Shown: positions 11,968-23,946 of the stretch, one piece after another
Layout: each line of letters begins with the position of its first letter
Numbering within the stretch: position 1 is the first letter of the stretch
DNA from: Heteronotia binoei
Lineage: Eukaryota
Length of the DNA: 64,000 nucleotides
Direction of reading: 5' to 3'
Assembly: GCF_032191835.1 (NCBI RefSeq)
Contig: NC_083236.1
Location: 15,996,001-16,060,000 of the forward strand
The notes under the pieces: generated by a model
The model's input: only the letters and a program-made list of their open reading frames with translations
Database searches by the model: none
Told to the model about the DNA's origin: nothing
Translations under genes and position numbers: made by a program

Positions 11968-14382
11968 ATGACAGTGGTGAGACATGCAGATAGGATAAGC
12001 GAGGTCCAGAGGAAGGCACTATTTTTGCTCACATTCTTGTCTTTGTTCTGTTGGGTGAGGTCTGAGCAAGTTCAGTATTCAGTTCTAGAGGAAACAGAAA
12101 AGGGCTCTCTTGTGGGGAACCTTGCCAAAGATTTGGGATTGGATGCAAGAGAGCTATCAAAACGCAAACTTGGCATCTCTTCAGAAAAGCACTATTTCAC
12201 TCTTAATGAACAAAATGGCAACCTGTATGTGAATGAAAGGATAGACCGGGAAGAAATTTGTGCGGAATCACTTTCTTGTGTCCTAAAATTAGAAGCTGTT
12301 CTACATAATCCTTTGAATGTAATTCACATCCAAGTATTTATCAAAGACATCAATGATAATGTTCCTCATTTCCAAGAGGATAATATCAAACTCAAAGTGA
12401 GTGAAGCAAACCTCCCTGGAACTCGGTTTTCCCTTGGAAATGCTGAAGATGAAGACATTGGAATGAACTCCCTCCAGAGTTACCACTTGAGTTCAACTCC
12501 TTATTTCAAACTAGATATTAAAGAGAGCGAAGCCGGTGATAAATACGCAGACTTAATATTGCTGAAACAACTGGACAGGGAAGAACAACACACACTCCAC
12601 TTGGTCCTTACAGCTCTGGATGGAGGAGAGCCATTGAAAACTGGGACCACTAACATATTGGTAACAGTTATTGATGTTAATGATAATGTGCCAGTTTTTA
12701 GCCAGGCAGTCTATAAGATAAGCTTAAAGGAGAATGCACCCAGTGGAACTTTTGTGCTGCAAGTAAAAGCATCTGATAGTGATGAAGGATCAAATGCTGA
12801 GATTATTTATTCTTTCTACAAAATCCCAGAAAGTGCCAGGCAAAAATTCGTTCTGGATTCCCATGATGGAACAATTACAGTTAAAGAGATTGTTGATTAT
12901 GAGGAAAAACAAAGTTATGTGATGACAATACAGGCAAGTGATGGGGGTGGTTTAGTGACACATTGTACAGTGGAGATTGAGGTTTTAGATGTGAATGACA
13001 ATCCTCCGGAAGTAGTTCTTACTTCCATATCCACTCCAATTCCTGAAGACTCCATACCTGGAATTGTTATTGCTTTGCTGAAGGTTCATGACAAGGATTC
13101 TGGGGAGAATGGGGAAGTCACTTGCCAGCTGAGAGACATTGTACCTTTTCAGATAGTTTCATCTTCAGATAGTTATTTCAAACTCCTCACAGATAGTTAT
13201 CTTGATAGAGAAAGAACTCCAGAATATAATATTACAATCACAGCCACAGACAAGGGCATCCCTCCTCTCTCCACATACAAAACCATCTCTCTACAGATCT
13301 CGGATATCAATGATAACCCTCCAGCCTTTGAAAAGACTTCCTATACCACCTATGTGCTGGAGAACAACCCTTCCGGATCTTCCATTTTCAGTGTCAAGGC
13401 CTCTGACCCAGATGAGGATCGCAATGCACAAATCACTTACTCAATCCTCAAGAGCAACATTGGGGACCTGCCTCTCTCCTCCTACGTCTCTATTAATTCT
13501 GAGACCGGCACCATTTATGCACAGCGCTCCTTTGACTATGAGCAATTAAGAGAGTTTCAGATTCAGGTGCGGGGCCAAGATGGTGGCTCCCCACCCCTAA
13601 ACAGTAGCACCACAGTGACAGTATGTATTCTGGATCAGAATGATAATACTCCACAGATCCTGTATCCTTCCCAAGGAACTGAAAGTTCCTCTTTGTTTGA
13701 GATGGTGCCTCGGACGGCTGAATCCGGTTATCTGGTGACCAAAGTGGTGGCGGTGGATGCTGACTCTGGACACAATGCGTGGCTCTCTTTCCACCTGCTG
13801 CAGGCCACGGAGCCCTCTCTTTTCACCATTGGGTCCCACACAGGAGAGATCAAAACAGCCCGAGCATTACTGGAAAGAGAAGCTGTGAAGCAGAGGCTGG
13901 TTATTATGGTGAAGGACAACGGACAATCTTCTCTCTCAGCAACTGTGACTCTGAACCTTGTTTTTGCTGAGAACTTCCAAGAGGCGCTTCCAGAAATGAA
14001 CACTCAACCCAGTGATTCAGACTCTCAGTCTGATCTCCAGTTTTATTTGGTTCTGGCCTTGGCCTTGTTGTCCTTCCTGTTCCTTGTGACAGTAACACTG
14101 ATCATTATGATGAAACTCCGACGGTCAAGGAACCCCACCTTTCTCCAGTGCTTTATTCCTGATGCGAAGACTGGTGCCATTTACCCTCCCAATTATGAGG
14201 ATGGGACTTTGCCGTATTCATACCAGGTCTGCTTGTCTTCTGAATCTAGGAGAAATGAGTTAACTTTCCTGCAGCCCACTGTCCAAATAGCGGAGAATAT
14301 CCTCTGTAATGTAAAATCTGATATTTCCCTGATGCTGAATGGAGAAAACAATTTAGAAGATGATTTGGAGAATGTGGAGAAG
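11968..14382 (+). CDS. PCDHGB: Protocadherin gamma B-type variable exon (gene 2)
   Basis: 805 codons. Start chosen at MTVVRH by alignment with the signal peptide of gene 5; in-frame ATGs also occur at 11923 and 11938. Phase-0 donor AAG|GTAAGT. Tail [18 protein letters not shown] is gammaB-type. Symbol is subfamily-level only. Confidence 0.93.
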
Positions 14383-14926
14383 GTAAGTTCTGTGGTAATT
14401 TTATATCATAATCAAATTAATGGCTGTGAATTGTTTGAAGATTATTGTTTGAATGATTATGGGCAGATTGTCATAAGCAATAATCTAATTACTTTCGAAT
14501 TACTTTCTGATCAAATGATCGTATTACTTTCATTTGTTTCTGGTGGTCTAGTGAAATGCAGTTGTGAAATAACTAGTGTAGAAATACAAAAAAGTCCACC
14601 ACAAAGATGATAATAGAATTATAAATTGCAAAAGTTTATCATACACAAAATGAAAAAAAAAACAGTTCAAAGATTTTTAAGTAATCTACTGAGGGCTCTT
14701 GGTGCTTGAATTTTGTCATTTTTCTACTGAGGAATGATATAAGGATTAGAATTGCCGAGCTAATTATTGTGTGGATTCATTTGCTCCTAACAGTGTATTA
14801 CGGATTAATTCACTAGGGATGGTCCCAAAATTTTGAGTCTCTGTCTCACTGTACAAAGTTATAGTTCACCATTGGAAGGCCATCGTTCAAACGGATGTGA
14901 GCACAGTTCTGTTTAACAGGCAGAAC

Positions 14927-15117
14927 CAAGGCTTTTTTGGGGGCAGGGACACAGAATTCCTGGATGGCTTGTCATCACGGGGTGTGATCTAATATGCAAA
15001 TGAGTTCCTAATGGGCTTTCTCTACAAAAAAGCCCCGTGTGAAACAATGATGATATCGGGGTGTGGCCTAATATGCAAATGAGTTCCTGCTGGGATTTTT
15101 CTGCAAAAAAAGCCCTG
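14927..15117. mobile_element. hAT-type MITE with internal duplication
   Basis: TIRs CAAGGCTTTTTT / AAAAAAGCCCTG. 8-bp TSD GGCAGAAC / GACAGAAC (7/8). An internal ~55-bp block occurs twice. Confidence 0.75.
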
Positions 15118-16350
15118 GACAGAACACATGGATTTTTGGAACAAATGAACATTGAAATAAATTTGGGGAAATCAAGATGGTGAAAATAATCAATTATTTC
15201 TCTGTGTGTGATTTTATTGCATAAAAGAGAGGCAGATGGTTTTAATGTGCCTATTAATCAATAAGTTTGATCTAAAATATTATGAGACCTGTTTTGTATT
15301 AACATTTGAACCTGTGTTTTTAAAACAAGACAGGTTTTGCTAATGGATTGTTTTAATTGGTATTAGCGAAGATGCAGGTAAACCTTTAGTTTGTTTCATA
15401 AGCTTTACAGGGCATAATTTGTGAGTTCTCTTCATTATAAATAGTGAAGGTTGCCAGTCCACTGGAATCTTTTTGTCTTTAATTCAGCTGATGCAACCAG
15501 GGCAGTGGCCATTGTTGCCGATTAGCATTTGCGATCAAAGTAGGGTGATGTTCTTATTGGTAGATATTGTGAGACATCACTGCAGAGTCTGCACGGTGTA
15601 GGTGTGCAGATGTTGATGGCCAAGTGGCACTGAGCTGATGCCTGCTGCCACAGAGGATGTTGCCAGCTGGTCAGGAGTTCTGTATCTACACAGTGACGGT
15701 CCTCTTGGTCCTCCCATCAGTCATCACTTTCTGCAGTGTTTGAATTAAAGATACCTCTCCGTGTGCAAAGTATACTATGCAAAATAATATTGTAATAAAT
15801 GTATTTACTGTCAAATCCAAACAAATGTATTTACTGTCAATTCCAAACAATTGCTTCATTCTGTTATAATTAAATAATGCAGTGAGAAAACCATCCCCTT
15901 ACACACAATGCAATTACCGTCCATATGTGACAAAATGTCCAAATCTCATCATGATTGCCTTATAAAAGTTCTACAATAGGAGAACTGTTCCAATATCATT
16001 TTGGATTAAACAATCCTTCCTGCGACCGTCTTTTATAATAGTAGGTCCAGTAGTGCCATTAGTCATTTCTACAATTCACTGTGTTTCATTTATCCTGGCT
16101 TTCTCTAATGTTAATTCATTTTCTTTTGGAATGCCGCTGCCAATTTTCCTTCATGACAGCATAAAATGTATCTGGGACACTTTCCTTCTTATCTCATAGT
16201 GACTGGTGTCTAGACCTGATGATGTTTTCCAGGGTGAAAATGATGTATTGGTACATGTTCCTTTATGAATTAAAGAGAGGAGTCCTTGCACTGAAAAACA
16301 GGTTTGGAGGCTAAGCCTTATTTGGTCAGTGCTGCTGTGTCCACCCCACT

Positions 16351-16500
16351 TTTATTTATTTATTTTTCAGATTTCTATTCTGCCCTCCCCACAAGCGGGC
16401 TCAGGGCAGATCACAGGTAATAACTAGGCCGTTCAGTGAACATATTGATAAATATGTTTAAATAATAGTAATAAATAATTAAAATATATTACATAATAAA
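16351..16500 (-). mobile_element. L2 3' tail fragment
   Basis: (TTTA)n followed by the reverse of TGATCTGCCCTGAGCCCGCTTGTGGGGAGGGCAGAATAGAAAT. Confidence 0.65.
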
Positions 16501-16815
16501 AAACAGTTTGACAGTTTGTTGTGCACACAATCTCAAATACTGGTGCTGCTGATGTTCATTTATTTATTTTGGGCCATGTTGGAGTGGTGTCTTCAACGGG
16601 GTGGGGAGGCACTTTTGTATTTGGACGTCCACTGCCTCAGCCAAAGAACTGGTGGGACAGGTCCATTTATAGGTGCTGCAGAATGGTAGAAGTTTGTGTC
16701 TGCATTTTATGTCCACCTTCAAGCATTTGCAAACCTTCTCATATGGTCAAAAGATCTCACATGTTCCTGTGTACTCAGTTTCCAAGTTTAAAGGGAGTGT
16801 AGGGTTATGAACGGG

Positions 16816-16842
16816 GTGTGTGTGTGTGTGTGTGTGTGTGTG
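16816..16842. repeat. (GT)n microsatellite
   Basis: About 13 perfect GT units. Confidence 0.95.
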
Positions 16843-17430
16843 TTAAGTGGCAGAATCTCATTTTGCTTTGCAACTGAATCATGTGGTTATTTTGATATTC
16901 TGCCTTTTAGGAGTTTAAAAAAGAACTGCCAAGGTTTGAGTATGTTGCAAAACATCCCCTATGCTGAGTTTCCCCAGTCTTAGCCTATTGACATAAATTG
17001 GACCTTTGAACAGACAAGGTATGGTGCTTTGAATAAGCAGGGGATGGATTTGAACTTTAATATGGCTCAGGAATGAGCTGAGCTGAGCCATTACAGCTGA
17101 GGCCACTCAGCTTAGATCAAGTCGGAGGCAGTGCTGCAGTAATAAGGATGGATGTAGGGTTACTTATTGCCACCTTCTGCACCGCTGTCTAAGTCCTGCT
17201 GATAGAGCCTCTGTGGTTAGTTCCTGGACAGCAGTAGCTCTCCAGGGTAGCAGACTACTGATAATTAAAGGAACACTCCTGAGTCTGAGATATTCTTGTT
17301 CTTCTTACCTCAGCAGACAAATTGTTGAACTTGAAAACGACAAGTAACAGTTGTGTTTTAGAGCCTTCATTAGACCTTCCATAACTGTACAAAAGAGGAG
17401 ATTTTGGCAAACAAGCCTCTCCAACCAACA

Positions 17431-17698
17431 AGAAGAAGAAGATACTGGATTTATATCCCACTCTGAATCTCAGAGTGGTCACAATCTCCTTTACCTTCCC
17501 CACACACAACAGACACCCTGTGAGGTAGGTGGGGCTGAGAGAGCTCTTACAGCAGCTGCCCTTTCAAGGACAGCTCCTACCAGAGCTATGGCTGATCCAC
17601 GGCCATTCCAGCAGCTGCAAGTGGAGGAGTGAGGAATCAAACCTGGTTCTCCCAGATAAGAGTCCACGCACTTTAACCAGCACATCAAACTGGCTCTC
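17431..17698 (-). mobile_element. Squam3-like SINE
   Basis: Same consensus as 2581-2862. Confidence 0.85.
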
Positions 17699-18013
17699 AA
17701 AGGGCATCATGAGAAGAATTCTTTATAAATTCTTTATGAGTATTGATAGCGCAAGGAGCCATGTTGTATTTGACAGATTGTCTTCAGGCAAATTGCTTCT
17801 TTATCATCACTTCTCTTCTTATGAATGGGAATAAGATATCCATCACTTTTCTTTGGAGACTGTTCTGAGGTCAACATCATAACAATCTGAAGAAGTGGCA
17901 ATTGTATCTTAAAGTATGATGGGTCTAGCTTTCGTTTCTTGACTCTGTCATTTCCCCTTCATTAGAATGGGAGAAATGTCCTATCCTCAGTTTTTGCCTT
18001 TTTGACACATATT

Positions 18014-19058
18014 GACTGCTTTCCCTCTAGCCTCACCTTGTTCTCACTCTCCTCTTCTCAGCGGGGCTTCTGTCGGATTTTGCACAAGCTGCCCTGAGGC
18101 TGAAACTTGCTCCACCTCTTTTGCGCAGCAAGCAAGGTCCTCTAAAAACCAGTTTCTGTTTGCTGCGTGAAAAAGGCAAAGCGGAGAAGAGAAGAAGAAG
18201 AAGATATTGGATTTATATCCCGCCCTCCACTCCGAAGAGTCTCAGAGCGGCTCACAATCTCCTTTACCTTCCTCCCCCACAACAGACACCCTGTGAGGTA
18301 GATGAAGATATTGGATTTATATCCCGCCCTCCACTCCGAAGAGTCTCAGAGCGGCTCACAATCTCCTTTACCTTCCTCCCCCACAACAGACACCCTGTGA
18401 GGTAGATGAAGATATTGGATTTATATCACGCCCTCCACTCCAAAGAGTCTCAGAGCGGCTCACAATCTCCTTTCCCTTCCTCCCCCACAACAGACACCCT
18501 GTGAGGTAGATGAAGATATTGGATTTATATCCCGCCCTCCACTCCGAAGAGTCTCAGAGCGGCTCACAATCTCCTTTACCTTCCTCCCCCACAACAGACA
18601 CCCTGTGAGGTAGATGAAGATATTGGATTTATATCCCGCCCTCCACTCCAAAGAGTCTCAGAGCGGCTCACAATCTCCTTTCCCTTCCTCCCCCACAACA
18701 GACACCCTGTGAGGTAGATGAAGATATTGGATTTATATCCCGCCCTCCACTCCGAAGAGTCTCAGAGGGGCTCACAATCTCCTTTCCCTTCCTCCCCCAC
18801 AACAGACCCCCTGTGAGGTGGGTGGGGCTGGAGAGGGCTCTCACAGCAGCTGCCCTTTCAAGGACAACCTCTGCCAGAGCTATGGCTGACCCAAGGCCAT
18901 GCTAGCAGGTGCAAGTGGAGGAGTGGGGAATCAAACCCGGTTCTCCCAGATAAGAGTCTGCACACTTAACCACTACGCCAAACTGGCTCTCCATAGGAGC
19001 ATGACAGCATGAGATAAGAGGAGCATGAGAGCGAGGTACAGCTAGTGGGAAATCGGTC
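18014..19058. mobile_element. Second copy of the Harbinger-like palindromic MITE, interrupted by the SINE array
   Basis: Left arm 18014-~18185 is homologous to 9908-10080. Right end CAGCTAGTGGGAAATCGGTC ends at 19058. ATT TSD on both sides (18011-18013, 19059-19061). Confidence 0.7.
18185..18991 (-). mobile_element. Squam3-like SINE (18720-18991) with five extra tandem 104-bp copies of its 3' part
   Basis: Units start at 18200, 18304, 18408, 18512, 18616 and 18720. (GAA)n terminus at 18185-18199. Confidence 0.9.
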
Positions 19059-19859
19059 ATTGTCTTGCCGGAGGCCCACCTGCCATTTGGAATGCCTCCA
19101 TCCATTCTGTCACCTCAGAATTCTACCATCTCATTGTCGTGCAGATGTGGTCTAGCCCCGAGTGACCTACATCCAGTCTCTGAAGTTTGAAATTTGCCTG
19201 GTTTGTTTCCACTGCGTATAATATGTTGCTTACAGTTTTCTGTTTCTCTGGTAATAGTAATTTAAAACTGCACTGGATTCTCTAATGATAGTAAAGGACC
19301 ATCATTGACTGGAGGCCTGGGAATGATCTGGTTTGATTACCCCCGGTGTTTGTTTTCTGAGTTGCTCTGACCAATAAGATGTGGGTTCTGGGCCAGTTTC
19401 GGGGGCCAGCAGTTGAACCCCAGTGTGGCCATGTGGAATTTTGAGCACTTCCACTTTTGGAAGGCAGCCTCTGCCACTGCTTAACCAGAAGCAGGCATAT
19501 CTGTGCAGGGCTTTCCTTTGGATTTATGTCATTGTCTGCCCCCTCCAACACCCACTCCCTATACAGGGACATGGAAGGCTGTAGCCAGCAGCTGAAATGA
19601 ATGGAAACTTGAATAATAGTTATTGGCAATGCTCTACTATCATCCAGTGGAAAATGGATGATGGTAAACACACACACACAAATAAAACATGGATTATTGA
19701 TCCTTGGCCAGTTAGGTTCACTTTCTGCTCAGAAGTAATGATCACTGCAGTAGCAAAAGAACAGTTCAGGAAGGTATGATAGTAGGGAAAAGTTGACTGA
19801 ACATGTGGGATGACATACTGGGGTTTGTTATTTTTAACTGGAAATGTTTTAAACCTATT

Positions 19860-20100
19860 ATTGTAAGCTGCCTTGAACCACAGGGAAAGAAGGGGTATAA
19901 ATGTTTTAATAAATAGTCTAATAAACAGCCTCGCCTGTTTTCCCATGACTACACTGGCTGCAGCCTCCATTTGTTGAAAATCGCCTACCTCACAGGGTTG
20001 TTATGAGGATCAAAAATGGAGGAGGGAAGATCCATGCATGCCAATGTGAGCTCCTTGGAGGAAGAGCAGGATAAAAATGCAACAAATAAATCATTTAAAA
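19860..20100 (+). mobile_element. L2 tail followed by old MIR/CORE-like SINE remnant
   Basis: TGTAAGCTGCCTTGAACC...GGGGTATAAATG tail, then CCTACCTCACAGGGTTGTTATGAGGAT CORE-like motif. Confidence 0.5.
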
Positions 20101-20583
20101 CATGAAGTCCTTTCCTTATGGAAACAGTAAGTTTAGCCGTGCTACCTCAACAACAGTAGTCATTCTGGGAAATTATTTTTGAAACACATGTCAACTCTTA
20201 TGTATTCCGTATACTTTCTTATAAACTTGGTTATTTAATGTTAAATGTACTTTGTAAGAAACATTTAATGAGGAACAAAGGAAAAAAGTACCAGTATTAT
20301 TTTAGACATTCTAATACACTTAACTGTTAAAAAAGAGAAACATCATTTGACTGGAAGTGCTTAATACACAACATTCTTATGTGGAAAGATGTGAAAACAT
20401 ACCATAAGGCTTATAGCTATACTTTTAATTTATATAGACATCTTTGGGTTTCTGACAGTATAACTGAAATTTTAGCAGCAATATACTCAAAAGCCTTACC
20501 TTCCAGTAAAATTGTTTGGGTCATTTGCTCAAAACTGGGGAGTGGGATGGAAAACATGTCTTCGGTTTTTCAAAATCAGCAGA

Positions 20584-20625
20584 TGCTGTTTTTGGTTGAG
20601 CCCCTTGGTGTCGCTGTTCACCAAT
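20584..20625 (+). promoter_or_regulatory. CSE/CTCF-type site, gene 3
   Basis: GGTGTCGCTGTTCACCAAT with CGCT at 20612. TGCTGTT 28 bp upstream. 185 bp before the ATG. Confidence 0.87.
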
Positions 20626-20796
20626 AAGGAAAGAGATGAGATATCCAAGTCAGTGCAGCATTGCTGTTTCTACATACAAAATAACCGAGATAATAAGCGG
20701 GCTCCTGCCATAAGAAGTGGAATGGAGGTACGTGTCGCTTAGGGGGAAAAGTAAGATATTTTGAATCAGAACTAGGACTCACTGATCTCCTGGAGC

Positions 20797-23214
20797 ATGG
20801 AAGAAAAGCAGAGATTGTGGAGCTTTAAAGAGGGAATCCTGCAATGCCTGGTTATGGTGTATGTTTGGAAGGCAGCTTCTGCACAGATCCACTACTCCAT
20901 CCCAGAGGAGATGCAGAAAGGGTCTTTTGTGGGGAATATTGCAAAGGATCTGGGAACAGAAGGGAAGCAACTTTCAGATCATGGACTCCGCATTGTACCC
21001 ACTATAGGTAAGGTTCAGTATTTTGCTTTGAATGCCAACAATGGTCATTTACAGACCTCTGAGAGAATAGACAGAGAGGCAATCTGTGGGCAGGAAGAGA
21101 AGTGCATCTTAAATTTTCAGGTTATTGTTGAGAGTAAAAGAAAACTGTATGGAGTTGAAGTAGAAATTACAGACATTAATGACAATGCTCCTCACTTCCC
21201 TCCTGGGGAACAGGAAGTGAAAATCAATGAAATATCTATCCAAGGGTCCCGGTTCCCTCTCCCTGAAGCTCAAGATCAAGATCTTGGCATGAATTCTGTG
21301 CAGAATTACCAGCTCACAGGCAGCAGCCATTTTTCTTTGGATGTGAAAGTGGGAGAAAATGGTGCCCACCAGCATGTGGAGTTGGTTCAGGAAAAAGGTC
21401 TCGACAGGGAAGAGCAATCAATGTATGAACTAGTCCTCACAGCTACTGATGGAGGTGATCCCATTAGGACTGGCACTGCTCAAATCAAAGTCATTGTTCT
21501 AGATGTGAATGACAATGCACCAGTCTTCAGTCAACCACTCTATGCAGTGAGCATTGAGGAGAATATTCCTAAAGGGTCCACAGTTTGTAGAGTCAGAGCT
21601 GTCGATTTAGATGAAGGCGTCAATGGCGAGCTGAAATACTTCTTCAAAAAAGCCACCAGAAAGGACTCACAGATGTTTCTTTTAAACTCAACAAATGGCA
21701 CAATAACAATTATGGGGGACATTGATTTTGAGATATCATCCTTTTATGAATTTGAGGTGCATGCTGAGGATTATGGAGGGCTATCTGATAGGACGAAGGT
21801 TGAGATCACAGTAACAGATCTGAACGATAATGCACCGGAATTAGCAGTTTCTTTTCATACAGACTCCATCAATGAGAACTCACCAACTGGAACTGTTGTT
21901 GCTATTTTAAACGTAGAAGATCGAGATTCAGGAATTAATGGGGAAGTCACATGTTTAATTTCCGAGATTCTCCCCTTTCAGCTTAAAAAATCTATTGGTA
22001 ACTTTTATAGTTTGGTGACAGTTGGTGTCCTTGACAGGGAGCAGATGGAAGCCTACAGCGTCATGATCACAGCCGAAGACCATGGGACACCCTCCCTTTC
22101 TACTTCCATTGTCATTCCACTCCAAATTTTAGACACAAATGACAACCCTCCCCTTTTCCCCCAATCATCTTATACCTTCTACCTCATGGAGAATAACCAA
22201 AGAGGTGCTTCTGTCTTTTCATTCAAGGCAGACGATCCAGACTGGGAGCAGAACTCCAGAATAAAGTATTCCATTATAAAAAACCAGAGAGGTGATTTTC
22301 GCCTCTCTTCCTTCCTTTCCATTAATTCTGAAACTGGGGTTGTTTATGCCTTGAACTCCTTTGATTATGAAGAGTTCCGAGAAATTAACTTCCTGATCAA
22401 GGCCGAAGATGGAGGCTCCCCACCACTCAGCTCCAATGTCTCAGTGACTCTCTTTATTCTGGATCAGAATGACAATTCTCCAGAAATCTTGTACCCTTCT
22501 CCTCCCACTGATGGTTCCACTGGGATAGAGCTGGCCCCTCACTCCTCCGAGCCTGGATATCTGGTCACTAAGGTAGTGGCGGTTGATGCAGACTCTGGCC
22601 AAAATGCTTGGCTCTCCTACCAGTTACTCAAGGCCACAGAACCGGGGCTTTTCACGATAGGACTCCACACTGGAGAGATCAGGACAGCCCGTTTCTTTCT
22701 GGACAAGGATGCTCTCAAGCAAAGCCTGGTGGTTTTAGTGAAGGACAATGGGCAGCCTCCTCTGTCTGCTTCAGTCACAGTCACTGTGGTGCTGGCCGAC
22801 AGCATTCCTGATGTATTGACTGACCTAAGCAGCATCTCAGCTCCTGCAGACCCCCAGTCGGACATCACCTTCTACCTGGTGGTTGCTGTGGCTTTTGTCT
22901 CCTGCTTGTTTTTCACTTTCCTCCTTGTCTTACTGGCACTCCGACTTCGCAGATGGAGGAATTCTCAGTTGTGTAATTCTGGGAGTATGAATTTTACTGG
23001 CGTTCCAGTTTCACAATTTGTGGGGATCGATGGAGTCCGAGCATTTCTTCACTCTTATTGCCAAGAAGTTTCTCTTACCACAGACTCTAGGAAAAGCCAG
23101 TTCAACATTTCTAAGGCTGACTGTTCCAATACTCTGAAAAATCAATTGACTGGTGATCCTGTTAAAGCTGATGATGATTTAAATTTGAATAGTGGGGATC
23201 TGATTATAGTCCAG
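20797..23214 (+). CDS. PCDHGA: Protocadherin gamma A-type variable exon (gene 3)
   Basis: 806 codons. Phase-0 donor CAG|GTAAGA. Six EC repeats, TM, and gammaA-type tail FVGIDGVRAFLHSYCQEVSLTTDSRK. Confidence 0.95.
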
Positions 23215-23440
23215 GTAAGAATTTTACATTCATGACATTTTCTTCTTGGTATGGGCATATATTATGATTTCTAGAGGTGTTTCTCATTTATCTTTATTTT
23301 CTAGTGTTTTTCAAATCTTTCGTAGTATTGTACTTAGTGCTTTGTCCATATTCTCCTTTCCAGCTCTAAAAATGTTAACATCCAGTGTCTAACAGTGGGC
23401 ATGGCATTACATTTGCTGTGTCTAAGTTGTTCTTGTTATT

Positions 23441-23740
23441 ATTTGTTTGTTTATATTCCGCCCATTCCCCCTAGGGGCTCAGGTCAGAGTACAACAAATA
23501 ATAAAATCACAATAAAATCACAGCAGCATAATAATAAAAGAAACCAATTACAGTATTCAGTACAACAGAATAGTCCAGCAGAACAATATGATAAGATGGT
23601 GTAGCAGGGCAGTATAGCAAATCAGTGCAGTAGGACAGTATAGTAGGGGAGGCCAACCAATCTAATGGATAGATGCCCACTACCTGACCCAAAGACCTGG
23701 CAGAACAGCTCCATTTTACAGGCCCTACGAAAGGAAGTTG
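23441..23740 (-). mobile_element. L2 3' fragment
   Basis: Minus strand CTTTCGTAGGGCCTGTAAAATGGAGCTGTTCTGCCAGG (FRRACKxELF) plus the L2 tail and (AAAC/AAAT)n. Confidence 0.7.
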
Positions 23741-23946
23741 GCAACTATGAAAGGAAGTTGGCAGCTCTATTTACAGCCCTCCTACCACTCATGTTGACCC
23801 CATTCCTTTTTTTTAATATGTATATTTTTATTATTAATACATTATCCGTTTCTCTACATGGTTTCTGATATCCATTTTACATTTACCCCCAACCCACCCC
23901 CCTTAGTCTATGCATCCTTTTCTTCTTCCAGCCAGGGACAAAGGAC

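Noticed and set aside
14383-14610. 75-aa read-through C-terminus of gene 2
   Set aside because: It lies beyond a canonical AAG|GTAAGT donor matching those of all paralogs. AT-rich intron-like composition, and no counterpart in near-identical gene 5.
18200-18823. CRISPR-like or other functional spaced array
   Set aside because: The units are contiguous 104-bp copies with no unique spacers and derive from the SINE 3' end in a vertebrate genome.
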